Below, piece after piece: positions 49,382 through 57,739 of a stretch of 59,579 nt of DNA. Below the pieces are notes generated by a model that made no database searches, had not been told where the DNA came from, and was given only the letters and a program-made list of their open reading frames with translations. A program made the position numbers and the translations under genes. This DNA is from an uncultured virus (IMG/VR IMGVR_UViG_3300022602_000041) (Duplodnaviria > Heunggongvirae > Uroviricota > Caudoviricetes), in IMG/VR virus record IMGVR_UViG_3300022602_000041; one strand, 5' to 3'. Positions within the stretch are counted from its first letter, which is position 1, and the number at the start of each line of letters is the position of its first letter.

Positions 49382-50054
49382 GATCTGTAGTCATTGGGAA
49401 GATACTAGCAATGACTTTTGCACAAGCAATTGCAACTTCCTGATGCTCTTTTTGTGTACCGTTTGAACTACGTAGTTCGATAAAATGAATCCAGCTACGT
49501 AGTGTGCCATTCATATATAAACGACTTTCAATAAGCCCTTCTGGTAGTACAGCACGGGCTTGCTCTTTAGCAATGCCTTTTTCGATTGCCCATTCGTATG
49601 CATCACGGCTTTGTTTAATAACTAACTCTTGCATACGTTCCCATTGATAAGCAAGAAAACGATCTTCGTCGTTATTATGAATATCAAGCTCTATACTGTT
49701 TTGTCTATTTTTGGTATCTTGCTTGCGAGCATCTCTAAGTACAAAGTTGAGATCCTTTGTTGGGTCAGCATAACGTTGGCTGAACTCTTGAAAGCTGAAG
49801 CTTCGATGTCTAAGGATTTGTCTTGCGATATCTCTTGTAGTAGTAATCTCGATGCAGGCGGACACCATTTCGAGAGGACTCCAATGTTGGTGCTTAATAA
49901 GATATCTAATGAGCTTTTCTGAGGTTTCTGTATTAAGCTGATTGCTCGGGTTACTGACTCTTGCACAGTAGGCAATGAGCTCTTGTGCATCTGCAATTCC
50001 CATGCTTGCAAATTCTTCAGTTGGCTGGCTGTAACTAAGTAATCTAACATTCAT
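49374..50054 (-). CDS. thyX: Flavin-dependent thymidylate synthase
   Basis: IAYCARVSNP, HWSPLE, ThyX motif QILRHRSFSFQEFSQRY, KEQAR.VLP, TQKEH. Confidence 0.95.
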   Translation of the reverse strand: MNVRLLSYSQPTEEFASMGIADAQELIAYCARVSNPSNQLNTETSEKLIRYLIKHQHWSPLEMVSACIEITTTRDIARQILRHRSFSFQEFSQRYADPTKDLNFVLRDARKQDTKNRQNSIELDIHNNDEDRFLAYQWERMQELVIKQSRDAYEWAIEKGIAKEQARAVLPEGLIESRLYMNGTLRSWIHFIELRSSNGTQKEHQEVAIACAKVIASIFPMTTDLI

Positions 50055-50057
50055 TAT

Positions 50058-50378
50058 TTATAACTTCTTTTTCTTAAGGAATTTTTGAGTGCTACGCTCG
50101 ATATCTTTTTTAACACGGGTAGTATCAAGTTTAAAATCAATATTATCGATAGTGGCTTCGTAATTTTTAACAAGCTCTGCTAAATTCTTTTCAAAGGCTT
50201 CCCAACCGCCTTTTTTGGTTTGCTGTGTTATACGTATTTCCCAAGTTTTGCCATCTTTAAAATTGACCAGTACGGTATGCAGGTATCCAAGTGGTACCAC
50301 ATTAAGTCTTACATCCTCGAATACCTCCGGCCAATCTTTTATAACATCCTTGGGAAGATTTCTTCCCGTTCGTGTCAT
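50058..50378 (-). CDS. Hypothetical protein
   Basis: 106 aa, ATGA-coupled in the operon. Confidence 0.7.
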   Translation of the reverse strand: MTRTGRNLPKDVIKDWPEVFEDVRLNVVPLGYLHTVLVNFKDGKTWEIRITQQTKKGGWEAFEKNLAELVKNYEATIDNIDFKLDTTRVKKDIERSTQKFLKKKKL

Positions 50379-51013
50379 TTTACTGTTTTTTTCTTGGTCG
50401 GAGCCAATTCCTCTGCTTTTCGACGATAAATGGCAGCTTCTTTTGCTAATTTATCTGCTTGACTACGATAATGTTTTGCTTCTTCTTCCGGGCTATCGAA
50501 ACTAATCGGGTCATTAGTTTGTACAACTGCTTGTGGAGTTGAAGTTACTTTACCAACTTTCATATCAGACGGCTGTTCATCTTTAACATCTTCAAGACGA
50601 CGAGCTTCAGATTTTTCTGGAGTATCTGATTTAATCGATAAATCGTCCACTGCTACACCACGTTGTTCGGCAATAATTTGATTTAACTCTGATAATAAGA
50701 TTGAAAATCCAGTAGTTGGAGTCATCTCAATATCGCTCGTCGGTGCTTTGATTAATCGTCCATTTCCGTGTAAGTTTCTTAACATATTGCTACCGTCAGG
50801 GAAACTAGCACGAGCCATAGCATCTGCAAACTCGTATGCATCTTGTCCTGCACCACTTTCTACTAAGTTAATAAGACTATCGTGATAGATGTCAGGCATG
50901 TTTTCTGTCGGAACAATTAAGCAATGGTGTGCGTCACCGGGCAATGTACGATAAGCCACTACACATTTTTTATTAGTGGCTTTTACACGGCCGACGTGTT
51001 TAATTTCGGCCAT
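50375..51013 (-). CDS. Hypothetical protein
   Basis: 212 aa; C-terminal coiled coil and basic tail. Confidence 0.75.
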   Translation of the reverse strand: MAEIKHVGRVKATNKKCVVAYRTLPGDAHHCLIVPTENMPDIYHDSLINLVESGAGQDAYEFADAMARASFPDGSNMLRNLHGNGRLIKAPTSDIEMTPTTGFSILLSELNQIIAEQRGVAVDDLSIKSDTPEKSEARRLEDVKDEQPSDMKVGKVTSTPQAVVQTNDPISFDSPEEEAKHYRSQADKLAKEAAIYRRKAEELAPTKKKTVK

Positions 51014-51014
51014 A

Positions 51015-51281
51015 TTATGCTCCTGTTGCTACAGCAGTAGTAACATCTGGTGCTGGTGGTTGTGGTTGTTGTGCAGCCGCTGGTGCTGGTTGTTGTGCTG
51101 GTTGTTGTGCGGCAACTGTATCTAAAAATGTTGATAATTTAGTGTAAGTTTGTCCTACTGCAACCATTTCGGTTGGCTTAAAAGCACCACGTGAACTAGC
51201 AAGGTCAATGATTACTTTTAGTGATTGTAAATCGTTGATTGTTAAATCTGTAGTTTGTGCTTGTTGTGTTTGATCTGGCAT
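51015..51281 (-). CDS. Hypothetical protein with Gln/Pro/Ala-rich tail
   Basis: LTINDL..LK.IIDLASSRGAFK..EM..VG..Y.KL; AAGGAG RBS favours ATG 51281. Confidence 0.7.
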   Translation of the reverse strand: MPDQTQQAQTTDLTINDLQSLKVIIDLASSRGAFKPTEMVAVGQTYTKLSTFLDTVAAQQPAQQPAPAAAQQPQPPAPDVTTAVATGA

Positions 51282-51311
51282 TTGTGTCTCCTTAAAGTAC
51301 ATATATAATAA

Positions 51312-51599
51312 TTATCTACTTTGTAAGACAGGACATGCAATTGTGAAAAAGCTAAGTTCTTTTTCACTTTCGAAGCCAACACGTATGTTATAAACAATAG
51401 TGTTAGTCGAATCTAATGTAATGCCCTGCCCTACATAGTATCTGTTATTTAAATTCTTGCGTATCCAATAGTCGATGGATTTGACTAAGTTAGGGTTGTA
51501 TCTGTCTACAGTTGTGTATTTGAAATGAGGGCAAGCAAACTCGACCCTCCTTAAATCGAAATATGTCAGAGCGTTAGGTTTGCCGTTTTTTAAACTCAT
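51312..51599 (-). CDS. Hypothetical protein
   Basis: 95 aa, ATGA overlap with the upstream gene. Confidence 0.7.
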   Translation of the reverse strand: MSLKNGKPNALTYFDLRRVEFACPHFKYTTVDRYNPNLVKSIDYWIRKNLNNRYYVGQGITLDSTNTIVYNIRVGFESEKELSFFTIACPVLQSR

Positions 51600-52780
51600 G
51601 CCGTTTCTTTTGCAAATTCGTAATAAGCATACTCACCGAATGGTGGTACAATCTTATCATTGCCATGAATGATGAATACTGTATCACAGTAATCTTCATC
51701 TCCCCAACTACCCCAAGGGTAACCGTCAGTAAACATGATAAACTTCTTAGGCTGAATATCATGGGCCTTCATGTATTCCCAATTGGCATCAAATTCGGTA
51801 CCACCACCTCCCATAGGTTCGTAGTAGTCGAACTCGTCGATGCTATATCCGTCATATTCGGCTTCATTATAAACTTTAGTATCAAAACACCATAGTTTAA
51901 TTTTGAAATCTTTATACTCTTGCATAATACCTTTAATCTCAGTCAAAAAGTCTTTTGCTTGATCATCGCCGATAGAACCTGACATGTCAATTGCTACACA
52001 AATATCGATAGTCTCTTGAAATTGTTGTCCTGGAAGAATAGCATTCATATGCCAGCCTTTACGATTAGGACGCATAAAACTAAAATCATTCTTGATAGTG
52101 CTTTGAATTTGTTGACGTAGAATTTCACGCCAATTCATTTTAGGCTCTGTCAATTCTTTAATCATGCGTTGTACGCTAGCAGGAGTGTTACCAGCACCTG
52201 CGGCTTGTGCGGCCTGCATTGTAGCTTCGCGAATCTCGTCTCGAATTTGTTTTAATTCTTCTTTAGAATATTTTGGCTGACCATCTTTACCATTCTCGCC
52301 CCAGTCGATGTGATCATCTAACAATTGACCTAACGCATTAAGTTCTTCTTCATCATGTTCGTCAAAAATCTTGTCGTATACTTCTTCTGCGCCCATACCG
52401 TAGTATTTGGCGTCATGGAAAATAGTAATACCATCAATTTTATGTTCGCCGATACGATCACGCACTAATTGACCGTTAACGCAATAGTCTGCGGCAATAT
52501 TAAAAATGCGTGGATTACGTCCTTCTCTACGACCCATATGGTCAAATACATTATGCAGAATTTCGTGTGCAATAACAAACTCAACTTGTTTTACACTTAA
52601 AGGTTCGAAAAACTTACGATTAAAGTAAATGGTGCGTCCATCTGTAGCCGCGGTACCTATCCATTCCGAGCCTTCTTCGATTTTTAGGCGTGTAGCCATA
52701 TTACCAAAAAATGGATGACGGAGCAATAAGCCTACCCGTGCTACAATAATTTTATCAATAATTGGATCTGTATGTGACAT
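51596..52780 (-). CDS. HExxH metallopeptidase plus vWA domain protein (DUF2201-like)
   Basis: HPFFG, TAATDG, AHEILH, NIAADY.VN; vWA MIDAS AIDMSGS, GGGGTEF, FTDGY. Confidence 0.88.
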   Translation of the reverse strand: MSHTDPIIDKIIVARVGLLLRHPFFGNMATRLKIEEGSEWIGTAATDGRTIYFNRKFFEPLSVKQVEFVIAHEILHNVFDHMGRREGRNPRIFNIAADYCVNGQLVRDRIGEHKIDGITIFHDAKYYGMGAEEVYDKIFDEHDEEELNALGQLLDDHIDWGENGKDGQPKYSKEELKQIRDEIREATMQAAQAAGAGNTPASVQRMIKELTEPKMNWREILRQQIQSTIKNDFSFMRPNRKGWHMNAILPGQQFQETIDICVAIDMSGSIGDDQAKDFLTEIKGIMQEYKDFKIKLWCFDTKVYNEAEYDGYSIDEFDYYEPMGGGGTEFDANWEYMKAHDIQPKKFIMFTDGYPWGSWGDEDYCDTVFIIHGNDKIVPPFGEYAYYEFAKETA

Positions 52781-52809
52781 TTATGCTCCTGAATGTTTAC
52801 TATGTATAT

Positions 52810-52838
52810 AGTATAACACCTCCCGAAGGAGGTGTCAA
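52810..52838 (-). promoter_or_regulatory. Sigma70-type promoter with a hairpin in its spacer
   Basis: TTGACA-N17-TATACT; AGGAG RBS downstream. Confidence 0.8.
52816..52835 (-). terminator. UUCG-capped 8-bp hairpin after the AAA gene (terminator or processing site)
   Basis: ACACCTCC-TTCG-GGAGGTGT followed by TATACTATAT (weak U tract). Confidence 0.5.
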
Positions 52839-52854
52839 ATAGTGCTAAACCGAT

Positions 52855-53943
52855 TTATTTTTCTGTAGCTTGGGCAATGTATTTGCCAAACTTAGCATGG
52901 AAATCATCAAAACACTTGATCTCGTCTGGATCCAACGGCAATTTATAAGTACTCAAAGCCAACTTAGTACCCATAATAACCAATTCTGTTTCGAAATTAT
53001 TCATCATAAATTCGAAGAAGTTGTTAACTTGATCATTCCAGTTTTTAGCGTTCTTATCGCAAGAATCCTTCAACTCGTAGCACAAACTAACAGTTAAAGA
53101 ATACATGGCACTAATTTCTTTTGAGTCCATTTTCTTAACTTTGCCACTCAAAATATCACTTGGATTTGGCATTTTGCTAGCATGTTTACGATGCGCCATA
53201 AACTTAATAGCAAGTCCTTCACCTACTGAACCTGACACCAAATCAGTTAGTGTTTCTGCATCCGTGTCATCATCATGCAACAATTCGCTAACAAATGACC
53301 AGCTACGTGGTGTAGCAAACGCACGTGAGCTAGATTTTGGATCAAAATCGTACAAGTCTTTCTTGCTAAAGCTCAAGAAACCAACAACATCTTGATGAAC
53401 TTTATTCTCAACAGCCCATTCAAAGTAGTCATCCCAGTTAACAGTCATTTCCAAGTGAACAAAACGATTAGCCAATGGAGCCGGCATACGGAATGTAACA
53501 CCTTTATCTGTCTCTCGATTACCGGCCGCAACCAATACAACATTGTCTGGCAACTGATATGTTCCTACACGACGATTCAAAATCAATTGATAAGCCGCCG
53601 CTTGTACAGCAGGAGCCGCACTATTCATTTCGTCCAAAAACAAAATAACATTCTTATGCTTGCTCGCAAGTTCTGTGCTTGGCAACTCTGATGGAGGAGC
53701 CCAACGCATAGTACCATCGTTAGAATCGAAATATGGAATACCTTTAATATCTGTAGGTTCCCACAAACTCAAACGCACATCGATGACGTGAGCATCTAGC
53801 TCAGTACCGAGTTGTTTAATAATATCTGATTTGCCAATACCTGGAGGACCCCAAAGGAAAATTGGACGCTGATTTTTGAAAGCCTTACGAAGTGACTTTT
53901 TAGCACCGCTAGGGCCAACTGTACGACTGGAGATCTCTGCCAT
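52855..53943 (-). CDS. MoxR-like AAA+ ATPase
   Basis: Walker A GPPGIGKS, DVRLS..EPTD..GIP, Walker B LFLDE, AAGNR, PLANRF, TPRSW. Confidence 0.9.
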   Translation of the reverse strand: MAEISSRTVGPSGAKKSLRKAFKNQRPIFLWGPPGIGKSDIIKQLGTELDAHVIDVRLSLWEPTDIKGIPYFDSNDGTMRWAPPSELPSTELASKHKNVILFLDEMNSAAPAVQAAAYQLILNRRVGTYQLPDNVVLVAAGNRETDKGVTFRMPAPLANRFVHLEMTVNWDDYFEWAVENKVHQDVVGFLSFSKKDLYDFDPKSSSRAFATPRSWSFVSELLHDDDTDAETLTDLVSGSVGEGLAIKFMAHRKHASKMPNPSDILSGKVKKMDSKEISAMYSLTVSLCYELKDSCDKNAKNWNDQVNNFFEFMMNNFETELVIMGTKLALSTYKLPLDPDEIKCFDDFHAKFGKYIAQATEK

Positions 53944-53999
53944 TTTAGTTCCTATACTAAGTTAAAAAAATTGTTGCGATTAACGCTGTGTAAGTATGT

Positions 54000-54028
54000 A
54001 TTGTATAGGAATTAGTAGATCATGTCAA
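54000..54028 (-). promoter_or_regulatory. Sigma70-type promoter for the AAA ATPase
   Basis: TTGACA-N17-TACAAT. Confidence 0.8.
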
Positions 54029-54037
54029 CTGTTTTTT

Positions 54038-54433
54038 TTAATTTGTTAGATCTTTTTCACGCTCATTTATTGCTTTTATTATGCCAAACTTTCTGATGTC
54101 GTCTGAAAACAACATTAGTTCAAAACTTTTTTTTTCTGAAAAGACAGTGATTGACATTAGAGTAAGATAATATGGACAATCTACATATCTTTCCAAAAAG
54201 ATGATAGTTTGAGGACTAAGTTCAATTGGTTCGGTAAATGGAATTTCGTACTCTTTCAAATCCAATTCTTTTACCAAAAATTCGTAACCTTCTTCACTCA
54301 ACCTGAAATTATTTTTTTTACTTGCTCTAGTACTTTGCCACCATTTTCGGCTAAACAATTTAACATTTGCTTCGTCTATACTCTTGCCCCATTGCTGTAA
54401 AAATATTTTAGTCAGGGCATCTTGTGTAATCAT
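54038..54433 (-). CDS. Hypothetical protein
   Basis: 131 aa, coupled ORF; FRLSEEGYEFL could be part of a winged helix. Confidence 0.7.
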   Translation of the reverse strand: MITQDALTKIFLQQWGKSIDEANVKLFSRKWWQSTRASKKNNFRLSEEGYEFLVKELDLKEYEIPFTEPIELSPQTIIFLERYVDCPYYLTLMSITVFSEKKSFELMLFSDDIRKFGIIKAINEREKDLTN

Positions 54434-54714
54434 TTTAATATAGTACCTTGTGTCAAAACTACTACTTGAAAATCATCACACCCAAATGTTTGATTTAATT
54501 TTTTAGCCAAATTAATAGCATGCCCGGGATTACTAAAAGATACTTTTTTATATTTAGGCCCGGGGTAAGAAGTTAAGCTATTAAAGCTCTTTAAATTGAA
54601 AGGCTCGTTCTTATAAAATACAGCCCAGATCGCATCGGCTTCTAATATTTGCTCTGCTTTATATGTACGCTTGTTAATATTTTCTAACAAGACTTTCGGT
54701 TTAGGTCTAGACAT
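54430..54714 (-). CDS. Hypothetical basic protein
   Basis: 94 aa, MSRPKPKVLL; ATAAATA upstream. Confidence 0.75.
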   Translation of the reverse strand: MSRPKPKVLLENINKRTYKAEQILEADAIWAVFYKNEPFNLKSFNSLTSYPGPKYKKVSFSNPGHAINLAKKLNQTFGCDDFQVVVLTQGTILK

Positions 54715-54741
54715 GATATGCGTTCCAATAATATACGCATA

Positions 54742-54748
54742 TATTTAT
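54742..54748 (-). promoter_or_regulatory. Late promoter ATAAATA
   Basis: GATAAATA about 28 nt upstream of ATG 54714. Confidence 0.55.
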
Positions 54749-54750
54749 CC

Positions 54751-55005
54751 TTATTTGGTATCTTCGAACCCACCGCCGTCCATAGTTACAGTAACAATCT
54801 CAGTATCTGCCCTATTACGCAGTTCATTAAACAAACTTTCGTAATCTTGTAGCAGTTTATCCTGTATTTCATTTAAAGCTAACACAAGCAATCGAGCTTG
54901 TTGAATAGGCAATTTAACTTCTTTTTGTTGTGCTAGCTCGGCCGCTCGTAAACTTTGTGTAAACTGCGTAATAGGAGTCAAATTAATCTGATTTTGCATT
55001 AGCAA
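54751..55005 (-). CDS. Hypothetical protein
   Basis: Short helical ORF ending MDGGGFEDTK; start may be a few codons downstream. Confidence 0.65.
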   Translation of the reverse strand: MLMQNQINLTPITQFTQSLRAAELAQQKEVKLPIQQARLLVLALNEIQDKLLQDYESLFNELRNRADTEIVTVTMDGGGFEDTK

Positions 55006-55462
55006 GTACCTGTTTCATTTCGAATTCAGTTTTAAAAGGACCTTTGTATGGATTACGTTCTAATGTAATCACTTTAGGGCAAAATGATTTAACCCACCCT
55101 TTATTAAACTTAATTATATAATAACCCGCACAATACAAACTCTTACTCTGTAAGCTCTTTGTAAACAATGGTAGTTTACGTCTTACATCGTACATACTGT
55201 TATATGGGGGTACACTTGTAGCAAAACCATGGCATTCATTTGGTTCTGCTTGTGTAACTTTAACTTTAGGGCTTGTTAAAAAGAACTCTTCTCCAAATTG
55301 TTTGGTTAGGTCCTGTTTTTTATTAAACATTAATTCGCCTGTAGTACTACTTAGTACGAATTTATTATTTTCTTTTTTGTGAAGTGTTGCAATTTTAGAA
55401 CCATCTTGTTCTACTATCCAAAACTTACCATCCACAATAGGCTTGGCGTATATAACTGTCAT
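54983..55462 (-). CDS. Hypothetical protein
   Basis: 159 aa, AAGGAG RBS. Confidence 0.75.
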   Translation of the reverse strand: MTVIYAKPIVDGKFWIVEQDGSKIATLHKKENNKFVLSSTTGELMFNKKQDLTKQFGEEFFLTSPKVKVTQAEPNECHGFATSVPPYNSMYDVRRKLPLFTKSLQSKSLYCAGYYIIKFNKGWVKSFCPKVITLERNPYKGPFKTEFEMKQVLANAKSD

Positions 55463-55477
55463 ATTTTTCTCCTTAAT

Positions 55478-55520
55478 ATTACAAGGGCCCTGACGGCACC
55501 CGAGTAATGTATGTATTTAT
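55478..55520 (-). promoter_or_regulatory. Late promoter ATAAATA followed by a GC-rich leader hairpin
   Basis: ATAAATA (55520-55514), then ATTAC-TC-GGGT-G-CC-GTCA-GG-GCCC-TT-GTAAT, then AAGGAG. Confidence 0.55.
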
Positions 55521-55523
55521 CTC

Positions 55524-56027
55524 TTATTCTTCGACGAAATCTACTACGTTGCCGTCTGCATCTGCGCATATAATACGCACAGTTTCACCGTCTTCGTTTT
55601 TAATTTCAATCGGTCCCCAAATCCACCATTCAGTATCGCCTTGTGACCATGGATCATCCTCACGTTCTTCTAAATCGTATGGACTATTATCATCAAGGAA
55701 CTCGCGGATTTCTTCTTCCTCTTCCTCTTCTAGCCCTTCTATTTCAACATCATACCAACAACCACCGTCGAACATTTCAACAAGTTCGCAATTTTCGATA
55801 TTGTTAACTTCGCACTCTAGCATATTGATGCTGTCTTTTTTGCCATCGCCTCCGGGCACTTCTACAAACTCAAATTCTGGAGGATTGTCGTCTGTAGTTT
55901 CTACAGTCCATTCGCCATAACGGAAACCGTTAGTGGCTGTAACTTTACCTTCACCTTCTCGCTGATGATATGTTTCAACTTCTTGACAAGATTTTTTATA
56001 ATATGTACTAACGGTCCAAATTGCCAT
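55524..56027 (-). CDS. Highly acidic hypothetical protein
   Basis: 167 aa, roughly 29% D+E by hand count; AAGGAG RBS. Confidence 0.75.
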   Translation of the reverse strand: MAIWTVSTYYKKSCQEVETYHQREGEGKVTATNGFRYGEWTVETTDDNPPEFEFVEVPGGDGKKDSINMLECEVNNIENCELVEMFDGGCWYDVEIEGLEEEEEEEIREFLDDNSPYDLEEREDDPWSQGDTEWWIWGPIEIKNEDGETVRIICADADGNVVDFVEE

Positions 56028-56037
56028 GATTATCTCC

Positions 56038-56229
56038 TTATTGATCTAGTGGAAAAGTATTCCACTCTTTGATTAGGGCAATAACTTCTTCTTCTGTATT
56101 GCAGATACTTTTTGTAGTAGCCCAATCGTCTTTTTTATTACGGCCACCAATTTCAACCATCCAGCCGTTATCATAACGATTGATAGTGATGTTTTCATTT
56201 ACTTTTGCTAGTTTTGCTAATTTACTCAT
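56038..56229 (-). CDS. Small hypothetical protein
   Basis: Probable start MSKLAKL at 56229 (AAGGA RBS, overlaps the halogenase stop). Confidence 0.7.
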   Translation of the reverse strand: MSKLAKLAKVNENITINRYDNGWMVEIGGRNKKDDWATTKSICNTEEEVIALIKEWNTFPLDQ

Positions 56230-57739
56230 TTGATTTTCCTTTAGGTCGATGTTCTGGCAGAACAAAAAACTGTTCTGTTCCATTTTTTAATGCTTCGATG
56301 TATTCTGTTTGCAAAACAGCATCGGGTTTATTTAATTCAGAATTTTTATGTCTAGTTAACAGTATATTAATTTGTTGTATTGTTAATGGATCAAGATTTT
56401 TACTTTCTACAGGGTAACCTAATTGTATTAAAAGACAAAACCAATTATATCCTGAAAATATAGATCCTCTTCCTTGAAAAGGTAATAGCCAAAAATCTTT
56501 TAATTTATCTTCATATATTTTTTGAGTATCAGATTTAAATCTAGTTTCTTTAACCCAATTCCAAAACGGAGTATTTTTTTCAGTAGCCATGTAATGCATA
56601 CTTACAAAATCGATAGATTCTTCAAAAGATACTGCTAATCTTGCATTAAATAATTCAATATCATGTGCTGTATAGAAATCTTGTTCTAATTTATCTAACA
56701 TTTCGTAAATACCTTTTGTAATCAAAGCAATTCCAGTACTTTCTAATGGTTCTATAAATCCTGCGCTTAATCCTATGCTGACAACATTGTCATGCCACAT
56801 ATTTTTATTATAAAACGGAGTCCAATCGATAACTCGGAGTTGGTCCGGAGTAATTCTATTGTTCCAATATTTGCATAGATATTCTTTTGCTTCATCCACA
56901 GATGTGATAGATCTATTAAACACTAAGCCAGATCCGATACGAGATTGAACAGGAATCTTCCATAACCATCCATGATCGACTGCTTCGTTTACTACATATG
57001 GATGCATTTCTTTATCTTTATCGATATATTGTACAGGTCCTGCAACAGCAGTATCGCACCACAATCTATTTTCGAGTGTTACCCGATCAGGTGAATCATT
57101 CAATAGACCTTTAAATCCGGTACAGTCTATAAACAAATCTCCGGTTATTTCTTGACCGTTTTTTAATATAAGTTTATGTATATTATTGTTTTCTCTTTGA
57201 ATGTCTACAACTTCGGAATTTATACTTTTTACATTTCGTATACCAACAATTCTTTCTTGTAAAAACAATACTAATTTTCCGCAATTTACATGATATGCAT
57301 AAAAAAGTAAATTATCTTTATCTATTTTGTTGTGATTAACTGATACGTCATACAATGCTAGTCCATGATCTTTAAAATCTAAATCCTGATTTTTTGACCA
57401 TAAATCAAAATATGAAAAAGGTGCGCCCGGATATTGCGGATGTAAAAACGGATGCCAAATATTTGGGTTGTCATCTGTCCATCCAGGAAATAAAATTCCG
57501 GATTTGTACACTGATTCTAATTCAAAAAACCAATCCTGTATATCAAACCCACAATCAAACATTGTATTCGCAAAACCTAAGATTGTACCTTCTCCTACTC
57601 CAATAGGAGTACCGACTTCTTTGTCAACTACGATTATTTCGTATTGTGGTTTTTTGTATGATAACATTGCGGCAGTTAACCAAGCACTTGTGCCACCGCC
57701 TACAATTACTACCTTTTGTACTCTAGATGCTTTACTCAT
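56222..57739 (-). CDS. Flavin-dependent (tryptophan-type) halogenase, PrnA/RebH family
   Basis: VIVGGGTS, IGVGEGT, catalytic-Lys region YKSGILF.GW, YAYH, DLFIDCTGF, WxWxIP (GWLWKIP), GFIEPLESTG. Confidence 0.88.
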   Translation of the reverse strand: MSKASRVQKVVIVGGGTSAWLTAAMLSYKKPQYEIIVVDKEVGTPIGVGEGTILGFANTMFDCGFDIQDWFFELESVYKSGILFPGWTDDNPNIWHPFLHPQYPGAPFSYFDLWSKNQDLDFKDHGLALYDVSVNHNKIDKDNLLFYAYHVNCGKLVLFLQERIVGIRNVKSINSEVVDIQRENNNIHKLILKNGQEITGDLFIDCTGFKGLLNDSPDRVTLENRLWCDTAVAGPVQYIDKDKEMHPYVVNEAVDHGWLWKIPVQSRIGSGLVFNRSITSVDEAKEYLCKYWNNRITPDQLRVIDWTPFYNKNMWHDNVVSIGLSAGFIEPLESTGIALITKGIYEMLDKLEQDFYTAHDIELFNARLAVSFEESIDFVSMHYMATEKNTPFWNWVKETRFKSDTQKIYEDKLKDFWLLPFQGRGSIFSGYNWFCLLIQLGYPVESKNLDPLTIQQINILLTRHKNSELNKPDAVLQTEYIEALKNGTEQFFVLPEHRPKGKSNE

